A stretch of DNA of 64,000 nucleotides from a virus. Where the stretch lies: the IMG/VR virus record IMGVR_UViG_3300027741_000030, positions 32,001 through 96,000 of that record. One strand, 5' to 3'. The notes below the pieces were generated by a model that worked only from the letters and a program-made list of their open reading frames with translations, did not search any database and had not been told where the DNA came from. Both the position numbers and the translations under genes were made by a program. This document shows, one piece after another, positions 48,364-58,886 of the stretch. The stretch's first letter is position 1; each line of letters starts with the position of its first letter.

Positions 48364-48806
48364 CTTTAACATTGCCCGTAGGTTCGGCTTTATTTATACA
48401 AGATGCTAATGGAACTTGGCAAAAGTTAACTGAGCATAACAGATCACCCATATCTTTTGATACTCAAAGAATTGAAAGAACATCTAGGATGTCAAACGGA
48501 AGTCTTAGAAAAGTATTTGTAGCAGATAAAAAATCTTTGTCTACTTCATGGACCATGGTACCTTCATATAATTCAATGACTGTAGACGGCGGTTGGGGAG
48601 CTGAAGATTTAAAATCATTTTATTTAAGTGCAAAAGGTCAAGGTACATTTAATGTTAGAATAGCCTATAATCTATCTAGAACTGAAGATTTTATTGCTAC
48701 ATTTACCTCATGCTCATTTAGTATTATAAAAAGAAATGTTAAGGCTAGCTCTTCTGACACGCCACAGCTTTTTTGGGATGTATCTATTTCATTGGAAGAA
48801 GTATAA
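48360..48806 (+). CDS. Distal tail protein-like
   Basis: First gene after TMP; RMSNGSLRK, TVDGG, WDVSISLEEV. Confidence 0.7.
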   Translation: MTLTLPVGSALFIQDANGTWQKLTEHNRSPISFDTQRIERTSRMSNGSLRKVFVADKKSLSTSWTMVPSYNSMTVDGGWGAEDLKSFYLSAKGQGTFNVRIAYNLSRTEDFIATFTSCSFSIIKRNVKASSSDTPQLFWDVSISLEEV

Positions 48807-51800
48807 TGTTAACGGCATCTTCTAGTGTTTTAAATGCAATAAATAAATCAACAAGCATCTCAATTACAAATGGATGCATGCTTGAATATAATATGAATGA
48901 CATTATCCAGGGTACCTCTATAACGGCTCCAGAAGGGGTTTTAACGGCCTCTTTAACAGCTTCTGCAGATCAGGGAGGGTATACCTACAAACCCTTTGAA
49001 AAGCTATTTCCAATAACCAGCATAATTGACCCAAGACGCCCAAAATACGCTGGAATTCAATACATGATTGCGGGAGATCCAAGCTTAGCAACAACGCTAT
49101 CAAGTGGTGTGGGGTCAAAAGATACATACGCTTCTTCTAAAGAATTTTCTAAAAGGCTTTATTTTTCAAGTATAAAAACTGCATATAAATATTGGGTTAC
49201 ACCGAAAGCATCTGGAAACTCATTATCAAATTGTATTTTATCATTAACATATCCTGCAGCAAAAACAGCAGTGTCAAACAAAATAACTATTAAGTTTGAG
49301 GTATCTCATTCAAAACCTACATCTTGGAATCTGAAGCTATTAAACTTGTCTGGCTCTGAATCTACTATATATACAGGAACAACCTGCCCAGATTCTGGAA
49401 TTGTAAATCTTTATTATAATGGATCTACATGGACAGAGACAGAGCCATCATTACCATCAACAGGAGTTGATTTAAGCGGACTAAAGCTACAAATAAATTC
49501 AATTAGCACATCAGGTGGGTATTTAGGAATAATAGAAATGTCTGCAAGGTATATTGTAGATATAACACAAAGGCTAGAATCATTTACTATATCCCAAAGC
49601 GCATCAGATTCAGTGGATGGAATTGTTCCAGTAGGCTCTGTTACAGCAAACTCAATTTCACTTAATTTAAATTCATACGATAGGGTATGTGAAAATTATG
49701 ACAAAGCAATAGCTTTTAATAAAAGTAAAATTAATTTGTATAAAAATGTTATGGTTAAGCCCTATGTTGTTATTGAATCTGAAAAAATAAATTTAGGTGT
49801 TTATTATTTAGAATCATCAGACATAAGTGAATTTGGAGATGTATCAATTACTGCCTTAGATGGGGCTAAAGAATTACAGTATATTAAGCCACCAGATACT
49901 GTGACAAAAGATATGTCTTCTGTTGCAATAATAAGAAGATTGCTTGACTCAGTTGGATTTACAAATTATAAGTTTAATGTTGCTGAAACAGATACGGCAA
50001 CTATAACTCCAAATTATTGGTATACAGATCCAAACAAAACCGTGTGGGAACATATTCAAGATTTATGTAAAGACACTCAAATGGTTGCTGTATTTGATCA
50101 AAATGATGTTTTGCAATTTTACCCAAGAGATTACATATTTGCAAAAAATAAATCTCCACAAATGTCATTTAGGTATAGTGCAAAATCTGACAAGCTTTCA
50201 AACATAGCATCTTTATCAGTAGAAACTGTCCCATCTGCAAAAGCAGTTAAGGTTTTGTATAGCCCGCAGCTTAGTTCTTCGTACGACATTAGCTCAAAAG
50301 ATATCCTATATAGTTCTCCAGTAGTATCTCTTGGAGCAGCAGCACTCACTAAAGATCTTTTACCAAATGCTCCAGCAGAGGGAACACAAGGAACAGACGA
50401 CTATGCACCTCTAGGTGTAGCTTATTTGGAGCCAGTTGTAATCAGAGGGCAAGAAAAGCAATTATATTCTTATAGCGGTTATCTTGTTATTGAAAAAGAA
50501 ATTATTGAATACGATGCAATACAATATCAATATCAAGACATTAACGATTCGTCTGTTAAGTATAAATGGATGCAATCTGAATCTGATGTTCAAAAAAGCC
50601 AGGGCCTTGCAAAACCAAATACTTTTGCTCCAACAGGTAAATATAGAATAAAAGCTAGAAATGTTTTTAATGTTGTTTCCAGCACTGACACCGCTTCATT
50701 GACTCACATTGTAAATACTGACACATTAGCAGCAGAATGGGAAGGTAAAAAATGGAACAGCGTTGCTGGAACAATTACATCAGATCAATCTGTTTTTACA
50801 TTAAAAGAAGTTGTTGCATCAACAACAAATAATTTATTTAATCCAATACCAAAATCTATGATGACGCTGTTTGCACCTAATGCAACTACAGTTGTAAATG
50901 CAGATAAAACTTTGCCAAATTCTTATAATCAAAATACAATTTATTCAATGGCAACAACTAATGCAAAGTATTTAAATGGCAACAGCTTTGTTATAGGAAC
51001 CAACATGTACTTCCCCTTAATTAAAGATCCAAAAACTCAGTTAGGCACTGGAGAGCAAAGAGTTACCTCTGGCTTGGCATTTTCTTTAAGCCCAGATAAT
51101 AGAAGCGGATACCTTCTTACAGTATCAACATCTCAAAATTCTAATGGTGAAAAGAACTATAGAGATGTAAATTTTTATAAAATAGTTGATGGAAAACCTG
51201 TGTCTATGACTAACTCTCAAAAAGATACAGACGGAACAATTATTACAAATATTAATGGCGGTCAACTTTATAGAATAGATATTCGTGCAAACTATTCAAT
51301 ACCAGCTGGAGGAACAACCAAAGTTCTTGCGCTTAAAATTTTAATAAATAATAAAACATTTGTTGTTGTTGACTCTAATCCATTAAGCATAACTGAAAAA
51401 ATTGGTCTATTGTCTCTTCAGGGGACATCTGCTTTTGACTACGTCTATTCATCTTCAATAACCTCAGCAGAATTTTTAGCCAATAATAGTTTTAATTTGT
51501 ATAAAGGATTTTTAGGTGGAGAATCTTCTGTTGTTAAAAATTTTGGAGACTTTATTTTTGATCAAGGTAAAAAAGTAGAGAGCCCTTCCTGGATAAAAGA
51601 ATTTGGTCCAGTAGCAAGAGAACTAAGAAGAATACAAACTAGATACACTACTCCAGGATTTCCAAAATATTCTCAGCTTGTAAATAACCCAGACGTTACA
51701 ATTGTTGGCGAATCAATAGATTCTTTTACAATGGATATATTTGCAATGAATAACAGTGGAGCTTTTGCCTCATTAGCAAATGGTGAAGAAAAATCTTTTA

Positions 51801-52189
51801 CTGTTGTAGGAGATTTTATTGTTCCATCTGATCCATTTCAATATATGGATTCCACATTAACAGATTTAGACAAACAAGAACAAGTTAGTTTTGAGTCTAC
51901 ATGGATTCAAAGAGAAACAGAGGCTAGAGATTTAGCAAAATGGATGACTGAGCAATGGTCTAAGCAGCAAAGAGTAATTACCCTAGAAACATTTATAAAC
52001 CCATTGATTCAAATAGGAGATGTTATTGAAATTTCTTATCCAGAAAATAAAATATACTCTTCAGAAGATACAGGTATACCTTCAGGATATTTGGCAAGCA
52101 AGTTTGCAGTGCTATCTTTAGACACCACTTATGATAATCAATCTTCTCCAACAACAAGAATAACCTGTAGATCGATTTATACTGGATAA
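48806..52189 (+). CDS. Tail hub/baseplate protein
   Basis: Large beta-rich protein after Dit-like gene; NPLIQIGDVIEI; TAATG-coupled start. Confidence 0.75.
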   Translation: MLTASSSVLNAINKSTSISITNGCMLEYNMNDIIQGTSITAPEGVLTASLTASADQGGYTYKPFEKLFPITSIIDPRRPKYAGIQYMIAGDPSLATTLSSGVGSKDTYASSKEFSKRLYFSSIKTAYKYWVTPKASGNSLSNCILSLTYPAAKTAVSNKITIKFEVSHSKPTSWNLKLLNLSGSESTIYTGTTCPDSGIVNLYYNGSTWTETEPSLPSTGVDLSGLKLQINSISTSGGYLGIIEMSARYIVDITQRLESFTISQSASDSVDGIVPVGSVTANSISLNLNSYDRVCENYDKAIAFNKSKINLYKNVMVKPYVVIESEKINLGVYYLESSDISEFGDVSITALDGAKELQYIKPPDTVTKDMSSVAIIRRLLDSVGFTNYKFNVAETDTATITPNYWYTDPNKTVWEHIQDLCKDTQMVAVFDQNDVLQFYPRDYIFAKNKSPQMSFRYSAKSDKLSNIASLSVETVPSAKAVKVLYSPQLSSSYDISSKDILYSSPVVSLGAAALTKDLLPNAPAEGTQGTDDYAPLGVAYLEPVVIRGQEKQLYSYSGYLVIEKEIIEYDAIQYQYQDINDSSVKYKWMQSESDVQKSQGLAKPNTFAPTGKYRIKARNVFNVVSSTDTASLTHIVNTDTLAAEWEGKKWNSVAGTITSDQSVFTLKEVVASTTNNLFNPIPKSMMTLFAPNATTVVNADKTLPNSYNQNTIYSMATTNAKYLNGNSFVIGTNMYFPLIKDPKTQLGTGEQRVTSGLAFSLSPDNRSGYLLTVSTSQNSNGEKNYRDVNFYKIVDGKPVSMTNSQKDTDGTIITNINGGQLYRIDIRANYSIPAGGTTKVLALKILINNKTFVVVDSNPLSITEKIGLLSLQGTSAFDYVYSSSITSAEFLANNSFNLYKGFLGGESSVVKNFGDFIFDQGKKVESPSWIKEFGPVARELRRIQTRYTTPGFPKYSQLVNNPDVTIVGESIDSFTMDIFAMNNSGAFASLANGEEKSFTVVGDFIVPSDPFQYMDSTLTDLDKQEQVSFESTWIQRETEARDLAKWMTEQWSKQQRVITLETFINPLIQIGDVIEISYPENKIYSSEDTGIPSGYLASKFAVLSLDTTYDNQSSPTTRITCRSIYTG

Positions 52190-52206
52190 AATGGTAGAAT
52201 GTAAAT

Positions 52207-52572
52207 ATGAGCAATATTAAACAGCCAGCGTCAAAAACAGCAAAGCCGCAAAAGCTTTTGCTGTTTCCTGGAGACCCATTAATAAAAACATTAAAGCCAG
52301 ACTATTACGTAATTGTTGACCCATCAACATTAGAAGAGATTGGTGTTTCTGGATTACAAAATACAGATGAGCAAACAACTGTTGAAGATGATGAGGCTGC
52401 AGCGGAAGAAGAATTTTATGGTGGCCTAGAAGCTCCAAATCTAGAAGATATAACTTTGATAAGTAAAAAAATGATTACAGACGATAATAAAAACCAATAT
52501 GTTGAATTTGTTTTTAACATTAAAAATCACGTAGGCGATAAAGTGGTAGGAGTGCATGGATATGGACAATAA
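52207..52572 (+). CDS. Hypothetical tail-region protein (leaderless)
   Basis: TGGTAGAAT 6 nt before ATG; acidic. Confidence 0.65.
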   Translation: MSNIKQPASKTAKPQKLLLFPGDPLIKTLKPDYYVIVDPSTLEEIGVSGLQNTDEQTTVEDDEAAAEEEFYGGLEAPNLEDITLISKKMITDDNKNQYVEFVFNIKNHVGDKVVGVHGYGQ

Positions 52573-53518
52573 TTTAAATGTAACTGGAGAATATTTTTTT
52601 TATGAAGATGGAAAAGAAATATATCGCAGTAAAAATATTTTAACTAAATTTGGTAAAAGATACATTACTCAATACCTTGCAGGAAAATCTACTTCAAATT
52701 TAAAAGATATAGCGCTAGGAGTTGGATCAACAGCAGCAACAATAAATGATACTCAACTTGAATTTGAATTTTATAAATCAGTTGTAAACATGAGCAGCGT
52801 AGATATACAGACTAGTCAACTAACTGGAGAAAGCACATACGGAATAGTTTATAAATCAACAGTCCCAGTAGACGTAGCTGGAGTTATAAGCGAGGTTGGT
52901 TTATTTCCTTCAGTGACATTTGGCAGTACAGATTATGCAGGAAATTCAATATCAACTTTTGAAAATAATCAAGAGTGGTACGATTCAAATAAAGAATTTG
53001 CACAATCATTAACATCTCCTGAGCCAAAAATTGGAACCTACTATATTTCAATTGGTGCAGCATCTTCACAATCTAAAAATTATTTTTATAATTTTAATTT
53101 AGATATTTCTGGGTATAGTTCAAATGACAGTCTAACATTAGCGTACTACCAGTCTGATTTAAATTTAGACTATGTGTTTGTAAGAACATATGATTCAAAT
53201 GACAGATATTATGAAATTAGGTACCCTTCAAACAATTCAATAGGATATAAAATAAACTCTTTAACTTTAAACAATTTATATACTAGTGGATACGGAAATG
53301 GAACACCCGATAATGAGTCTATTGTTAAAATATCAGTAGGGGTTAAAGCAAAGTCTTCGGGCTCAACAAATGTTTTATTTGATGGCTTAAGAATTAATGA
53401 TGAAGATGCGTTTAGATCTGACTACGGACTAATAAGCAGATCAGTTTTATCTACACCAATTGTAAAAACTTTGGGAAAGCAAATGGACATAGAGTATAGA
53501 TTGGGAATTAATTTCTAG
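52556..53518 (+). CDS. Minor tail/baseplate protein
   Basis: N.LT.FGK, ALGVGSTA...DT.L.FE, ISEVGLF, IEYRL. Confidence 0.7.
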   Translation: MDMDNNLNVTGEYFFYEDGKEIYRSKNILTKFGKRYITQYLAGKSTSNLKDIALGVGSTAATINDTQLEFEFYKSVVNMSSVDIQTSQLTGESTYGIVYKSTVPVDVAGVISEVGLFPSVTFGSTDYAGNSISTFENNQEWYDSNKEFAQSLTSPEPKIGTYYISIGAASSQSKNYFYNFNLDISGYSSNDSLTLAYYQSDLNLDYVFVRTYDSNDRYYEIRYPSNNSIGYKINSLTLNNLYTSGYGNGTPDNESIVKISVGVKAKSSGSTNVLFDGLRINDEDAFRSDYGLISRSVLSTPIVKTLGKQMDIEYRLGINF

Positions 53519-56169
53519 TGGCAAGCTATTATGCAGATAATCCAGGAAATGCAAATTTTTTATTTCCTGATTTACAAAAAAATACAAATGAAGCTGCAGC
53601 TGCCGCATCTAAAACATCACCAGGTTCATATGAAGTAAAGCTAAAACTTCCTCTAACAAGAGCTGCAAAAGTTTTTTCTTTTTGGTTTAATTATTTATAT
53701 GAAAATCCAGAAACAAAAATTGTTACAGAAGGCCCAAGATCACCGACAGTTCAATATGGATTTGATGTTCCAAATTTAACAAAATCAGTTCTTAACTTAA
53801 CATTAACTGCAGGATTTAAATCTTACGGTGTTAAATTTGAAATAGATCCAACTAGTGTTCAAGAAGATATTGTAATATATGAAAGTCTTACGGGAGCATT
53901 TGGTGGAGAACAATATATAGTGTATGTAGGAACATCTACAAATGTAACCATTAATACATCAGATTTTGCACCTAGATGGGTTTTAGTTAGAACTAGAGAT
54001 AAATGGCTAACAGCTAATCACTCAGATTCAACCGCTGGTCCAGTAACTCCTAAAAATGCTGATCCAGATACCTCTACTCCGCCATCTGCACCGCAGTCCG
54101 CATCTGTAGCTGGATCTATAGATGCAAATGATAAAAGTGGTTTTAGCGCAAAGCTCACAGCTTCTTGGACGGCAAACTCGGATAATAATACTTCAGGGTA
54201 TGTGATAAGATGGACAACTCAAAATCCAGCAACAACAATTAGTCCTTTATGGGAATATGGGCAGGTTGATGGTAAAGCAACCACAACCTTTGACATAACT
54301 GGTTTAATTCCAAACACACTTTACTATTGGCAAGTAACAGCAAAGAGTCCTTACAATGCTTTGACATGGGTAGGCTCTCAATCTGGAACAGTAGGTCCAA
54401 TTGTAGATGCAAATGCTCCAGCAGATGCTTTTGCACAATTAAGATCAATTATTTCAATAGGCGGAAAAACAGCAGACCTGTTTAAAATAGGAACAGGAAT
54501 ATCTCAATCTATAAATACATCTACAACAATAACACCATCACAAACTTCAGGTAATTATAGTGGAATAATTCTTAATAAATCAACAACAAATTTCGGACAC
54601 AACTACTGGCTAAATACAGGGCAATTCAGAGTAGGCAGTGCAACAAACTTTTTATATTGGGACGGATCAGATTTATATACAACAGGTAAAATAAATGCAA
54701 CTGGTGGCTCTTTTAGCGGAGATGTTCAAATATCAACAGGATCTTTGTATGCTGGAACACAACCAAATACTGGTGCAAGAGTAAGATTAAATAGCGCAGG
54801 TTTATTTGCATATGACACAAACAATAATCAAACAGTTGCAATTACTCAAGCTGATGGAAAATTAGATGCAAGGCAAGGTTCTATTGCAGGTTGGACTATA
54901 AATGTAGCGTCTGGACAAACATATGGAACTATATCTCGAAACGCAACAATATTTGACAGCAATGGTAATATAACTTTAGGAGATATAACAGGAACTCTTC
55001 CTTCAATTGTAAGGATGAGTGCAACAGATTCAACATACAGACTTTGGGTAGGATCTCAATCTGCATCAGCTGCAGCATTTAAAGTAGATTTAAATGGAAA
55101 GCTTTATGCAACAGGAGCGGTAATTGATGGAAGCGCATCGATTTCTGGAACAGTTACAATAGGTGGAACCACTGCGTCAACAGTTGTTTCAAATGCATCA
55201 ACAGCAGTATCTACTGCAAACACTGCATCTTCTAGTGCAAGCACCGCATTGGCTAACGCACAAGCAGCTGCAACAGAAGCAAATACAGCTAAAGTTTCTG
55301 CAGCAGCTGCAAAAGCTATTGCAGATGCAGCACTTCCATCAACAAGCTTTAATGGTGATGCAATTGCTTCAAGAATTAATAGTCCAACAACAACTACAAC
55401 AATTGATGGTGGAAAATTAACCACTGGAACAGTTAGGGCCAATGCTGTTGTTTCAGATTTTATTTCAGCATTTTCTATAAATGCAGATAATATTACTACT
55501 GGAACACTAACTGGTAGAGATATATCAATTGCTGGTGATTCAAATACAAATAGATTTAGAACTTCTTATAATAGAAATACTCCAGTTAGCTTGTCAACTG
55601 TAAGCTCATTGGGAATAAACGCCATAGCAATGATTAGCGTTAATACTTCTGGTGTAGTAAGTCACTGGTATCCTTTTTTAGATGCGGAATCAGATATTGG
55701 AACTACAACTTATAAATGGAGATATATTAGATCTAATAATGGAACTATTCAAACTTCTGATATAAGAAAAAAAACAAATATAACAGACTCAGATCTTGGG
55801 TTAAATTTTATAAATTTATTAAGGCCAGTAAAATATAATAATAAATATGACCCACAAATTCCAGAGGTAAATGAAAATAATCAACCTATATTAGATGAAA
55901 ATGGAAATAGAGTCATCAAGCCTGGTCATGGATACACTGGGTCTAGGTATCATTATGGACTTATAGCTCAAGAAGTAAAATCAACATTAGATCAAGTAGG
56001 AATCGGAGATAGTTTTTCTGGATGGACTCTTGATAATTTAGAAGATCCTGATTCATATCAGGGTTTATCTTATGATAAATTTATTGCTCCAATGATTAAG
56101 TCTATACAAGAGCTATCAGATATGGTAGAATCGTTACAACAAGAAGTAAATACACTGAAAGGTATATAA
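53518..56169 (+). CDS. Tail fibre/spike with FN3 domain and C-terminal S74-like chaperone
   Basis: ITGLIPNTLYYWQV; TSDIRKK...GLNFINLLRPV...YGLIAQEV...YDKFIAPMIKSIQEL. Confidence 0.85.
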   Translation: MASYYADNPGNANFLFPDLQKNTNEAAAAASKTSPGSYEVKLKLPLTRAAKVFSFWFNYLYENPETKIVTEGPRSPTVQYGFDVPNLTKSVLNLTLTAGFKSYGVKFEIDPTSVQEDIVIYESLTGAFGGEQYIVYVGTSTNVTINTSDFAPRWVLVRTRDKWLTANHSDSTAGPVTPKNADPDTSTPPSAPQSASVAGSIDANDKSGFSAKLTASWTANSDNNTSGYVIRWTTQNPATTISPLWEYGQVDGKATTTFDITGLIPNTLYYWQVTAKSPYNALTWVGSQSGTVGPIVDANAPADAFAQLRSIISIGGKTADLFKIGTGISQSINTSTTITPSQTSGNYSGIILNKSTTNFGHNYWLNTGQFRVGSATNFLYWDGSDLYTTGKINATGGSFSGDVQISTGSLYAGTQPNTGARVRLNSAGLFAYDTNNNQTVAITQADGKLDARQGSIAGWTINVASGQTYGTISRNATIFDSNGNITLGDITGTLPSIVRMSATDSTYRLWVGSQSASAAAFKVDLNGKLYATGAVIDGSASISGTVTIGGTTASTVVSNASTAVSTANTASSSASTALANAQAAATEANTAKVSAAAAKAIADAALPSTSFNGDAIASRINSPTTTTTIDGGKLTTGTVRANAVVSDFISAFSINADNITTGTLTGRDISIAGDSNTNRFRTSYNRNTPVSLSTVSSLGINAIAMISVNTSGVVSHWYPFLDAESDIGTTTYKWRYIRSNNGTIQTSDIRKKTNITDSDLGLNFINLLRPVKYNNKYDPQIPEVNENNQPILDENGNRVIKPGHGYTGSRYHYGLIAQEVKSTLDQVGIGDSFSGWTLDNLEDPDSYQGLSYDKFIAPMIKSIQELSDMVESLQQEVNTLKGI

Positions 56170-56324
56170 TGGATAAAGCAGAATTGGTAATACAGGCATT
56201 GCAGCAAAGAATTGGCGAAGTTGTCTCACAATATGAGACTCATATTGCAGTTCTACGTGCAGAAATTACACAATTAGTAGAACAAATTAAAAATCAGGAA
56301 GCTACACCAGAAACACAGGAGTAA
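56169..56324 (+). CDS. 51-aa coiled-coil protein
   Basis: MDKAELVIQALQQRIGEVVSQYETHIAVLRAEITQL...; TAATG-coupled. Confidence 0.65.
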   Translation: MDKAELVIQALQQRIGEVVSQYETHIAVLRAEITQLVEQIKNQEATPETQE

Positions 56325-56326
56325 AA

Positions 56327-56761
56327 ATGGCAGACTTAAAATCAAAGAATATCAATGCTGGTGACCCAGTAACGGCGGAGCTTATTAATAACATTATATT
56401 AGATTTAAATGAAATTAATAAAGGCTCTACAATTTCTACGATTACTCTTGCAAACACAACTGCATCAGGATCATCTACAACCGTATCCAGCACAGTTCAG
56501 GCTGTTGGCCCACAGATAGTATCGATGTCTGGAGGATCAACTGTTACTGAAAGAGAGTTTAAATTTGCTAAGCCATTTGCAGAAGCTCCAAAATGTTGGG
56601 TTCAAATTTATACAGAGGGTCTAGATCAACCAACATTTGCACAGTCTCAAGTTTTCACACAGGTAACTTTAGTTACAACAACATCTGCAAAGGTAAAGTT
56701 TAGAACATCAACTTCAACTAAATTAAAGGTTGTTCTTTTTGCTACAGGAGTTTTAGCCTAA
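56327..56761 (+). CDS. Short tail-fibre-like protein
   Basis: GDPVTAELIN; F.KPF..AP; last gene before terminator. Confidence 0.65.
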   Translation: MADLKSKNINAGDPVTAELINNIILDLNEINKGSTISTITLANTTASGSSTTVSSTVQAVGPQIVSMSGGSTVTEREFKFAKPFAEAPKCWVQIYTEGLDQPTFAQSQVFTQVTLVTTTSAKVKFRTSTSTKLKVVLFATGVLA

Positions 56762-56765
56762 ACTA

Positions 56766-56830
56766 TTGACAAGTCATAACCATATGTTACAATTACTGTA
56801 ACATCAAAGTCACGTACCCGTGACTTTTTT
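56766..56830 (+). promoter_or_regulatory. Promoter followed by intrinsic terminator hairpin
   Basis: TTGACA-N16-TACAAT (TG-extended); AAAGTCACG-TACC-CGTGACTTT-TTT. Confidence 0.7.
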
Positions 56831-56846
56831 CGCATAAAGGTAAATA

Positions 56847-57647
56847 ATGAGTAACGATTTAAAGTGGATGCTATCATCCGACCAGCAGTTTCCATATCAG
56901 GATGATAAGATGATCGCCCTATGGTTTAAAGTAATGAAATGGTTTAAGCCAGATGTTGTTGACTACCTGGGAGACACTGACGATCAGGCATGCTATAGTA
57001 AGTACACAGAAGGTCGTTCTGCAGAGTTTATGCAACTTCACAAAGATGACAGTCGTGATTTAATTGTTCCAATGATGAGGCATGAAGCAAAGGGTGCTAG
57101 AGATTTCTACGCCAAAACACGAGAGATGCTTCCAGATGCACAGCTATTCTCAGCGCTTGGAAATCACGACATTAGAATTTTTGATTATATAGACAAAAAA
57201 CTTCCAGACTATGCAAATGAAGTAACACCAGAAGCACTCTGGTCTTTGGACTCATTGGGATACGATTACATATATTACGATGAACTCCCTAAACTTCGTT
57301 TTGGAGATATACATGTACACCATGGACTTTCAATTGCAACAACTGGATCTGCAAGAAAAGATATGGAAGACATGCAGATATCTTTAATTAGAGGACACTC
57401 TCACAGAATTGCATCGCATATGGTAACATATGAGCTTAGAAACAATGGTCAAGGAGAAACACTTCGTGGCTATGAGATTGGTCACATGTGTGACGAAAAA
57501 GGTCCAGGAATGAAGTACACACAACATCATGATTGGCAAAAAGGATTTGCAGTAGCGCATATTGTAAATGATTATCCTCATATTCAAATGATCCATGTGT
57601 CGCCAGACTATAGCTGTGTAGTGGATGGAAAGTTTTTTACACTATAA
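56847..57647 (+). CDS. Calcineurin-like metallophosphoesterase
   Basis: SDQQ, LGDTDD, GNHD, HHG, GHSHR. Confidence 0.88.
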   Translation: MSNDLKWMLSSDQQFPYQDDKMIALWFKVMKWFKPDVVDYLGDTDDQACYSKYTEGRSAEFMQLHKDDSRDLIVPMMRHEAKGARDFYAKTREMLPDAQLFSALGNHDIRIFDYIDKKLPDYANEVTPEALWSLDSLGYDYIYYDELPKLRFGDIHVHHGLSIATTGSARKDMEDMQISLIRGHSHRIASHMVTYELRNNGQGETLRGYEIGHMCDEKGPGMKYTQHHDWQKGFAVAHIVNDYPHIQMIHVSPDYSCVVDGKFFTL

Positions 57648-57832
57648 TGTGGTGCGGTAAATGTGGTGGAAGAGTTTTTGTAGATAGAGTATTTTCACAA
57701 AAACTACATATGGAATTATTCTGTATCATGTGCGGCAAACGCTGGATGTGCAATAAAGAAACGAGTGCTTTCGGAAAATGGCTGGATCAAAAAGAAACGG
57801 CAAATCAAAAAACTTACGGTATTTCTTCTTAA
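57647..57832 (+). CDS. Zinc-ribbon protein
   Basis: CGKCGGR...CIMCGKR. Confidence 0.75.
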   Translation: MWCGKCGGRVFVDRVFSQKLHMELFCIMCGKRWMCNKETSAFGKWLDQKETANQKTYGISS

Positions 57833-58263
57833 ACGAAAAAGTACATAAAGTTTTAAGGTCATCCAGATCAAAAGATGAATTGGTTGCCTGGTGCTATCCA
57901 GACAGAAAGCGTGTAATGTATTCTTATTCGCAGGTAAAGAAATATATGGAAAACGCATACACAATTGTTGAAGTTTCTAGTATGTTAAATAAGCATAGAG
58001 TAACCATACAAGATTATATTTTAGAGGGTAAGGTTATGACGCCAGCCAAAATATATCCAATAGGTGAGCCAGACAGTAAGTCTTGGTCAAAATATATGTT
58101 TAATGAAAAAAATATATTTGACATACACGAACATATATTAGATTCAGGACACTCAGGAGAACTTCCATCTAAAGCAGAATTAAAGGGGCTTCTCAAAAAT
58201 AACTTTATATTGTATACTAAAACAGAAGAAGGAAAATTTATTCCAGTGTGGAAGGCGGAATAG
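57778..58263 (+). CDS. Putative helix-turn-helix DNA-binding protein
   Basis: YTIVEVSSMLNKHRVTIQDYILEG (MerR/excisionase-like HTH). Confidence 0.7.
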   Translation: MAGSKRNGKSKNLRYFFLNEKVHKVLRSSRSKDELVAWCYPDRKRVMYSYSQVKKYMENAYTIVEVSSMLNKHRVTIQDYILEGKVMTPAKIYPIGEPDSKSWSKYMFNEKNIFDIHEHILDSGHSGELPSKAELKGLLKNNFILYTKTEEGKFIPVWKAE

Positions 58264-58373
58264 TGGCAAGTAATAGAATCGTGATCTGTACAGAATGTTC
58301 AAAAGAGCTAGAAGTCAGATCAGGTTTTGCACACATGACATTATCTAATCATATAAAGAAGGAGCACAAGTGA
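58263..58373 (+). CDS. 36-aa C2H2 zinc-finger microprotein
   Basis: VASNRIVICTECSKELEVRSGFAHMTLSNHIKKEHK; fills gap and overlaps both neighbours. Confidence 0.6.
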   Translation: MASNRIVICTECSKELEVRSGFAHMTLSNHIKKEHK

Positions 58374-58573
58374 CAACAAGGGTTAAGGTTGACTTATCTT
58401 TTACACGAAATCTAGGTAACTATGAAAGCATAAAGATTGGCATAGGTATTGAAGATGACGTTAGGCAGGGTGAGACAGTTGATGCTGCAACCGAAAGAGT
58501 TTATGCTTTTGTTGAAAGTAAACTGATTCAAAAAACTCAAGAAGTAGAAGAAGAGTTAAAGAGTGGCAAATAG
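58370..58573 (+). CDS. Hypothetical protein
   Basis: TRNLGNYESIKI motif; AAGGAG SD. Confidence 0.75.
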   Translation: MTTRVKVDLSFTRNLGNYESIKIGIGIEDDVRQGETVDAATERVYAFVESKLIQKTQEVEEELKSGK

Positions 58574-58886
58574 CAAAGAGCCATATATCTTGCTTACAAT
58601 GTATCAAAATTTATATAAAGATAAATATGGCAAGCCTGTAACCATAAATAAGTTTCGTGAAAAATGGGCTATGCAAGATGTAATAGATAGTGTAGGATTT
58701 GATCGTGCAAAAAAATTGCTAGAGTACTACTTTGGGTTAACAAAAAATGGACACCCACTTCAGTTTTTCTTTTATAACTTTGACAAAATGGATGAGCTAA
58801 AAAAAGAGATTGAAAAAGATAAAGAAAAACGTCGTTTGTTACTGGAAGAAACGAAGAAAATGGTAGAGCAAGGCGGAATAGAATGA
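58563..58886 (+). CDS. Hypothetical protein (possible helicase loader/initiator)
   Basis: Immediately upstream of and overlapping the helicase gene. Confidence 0.65.
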   Translation: MANSKEPYILLTMYQNLYKDKYGKPVTINKFREKWAMQDVIDSVGFDRAKKLLEYYFGLTKNGHPLQFFFYNFDKMDELKKEIEKDKEKRRLLLEETKKMVEQGGIE

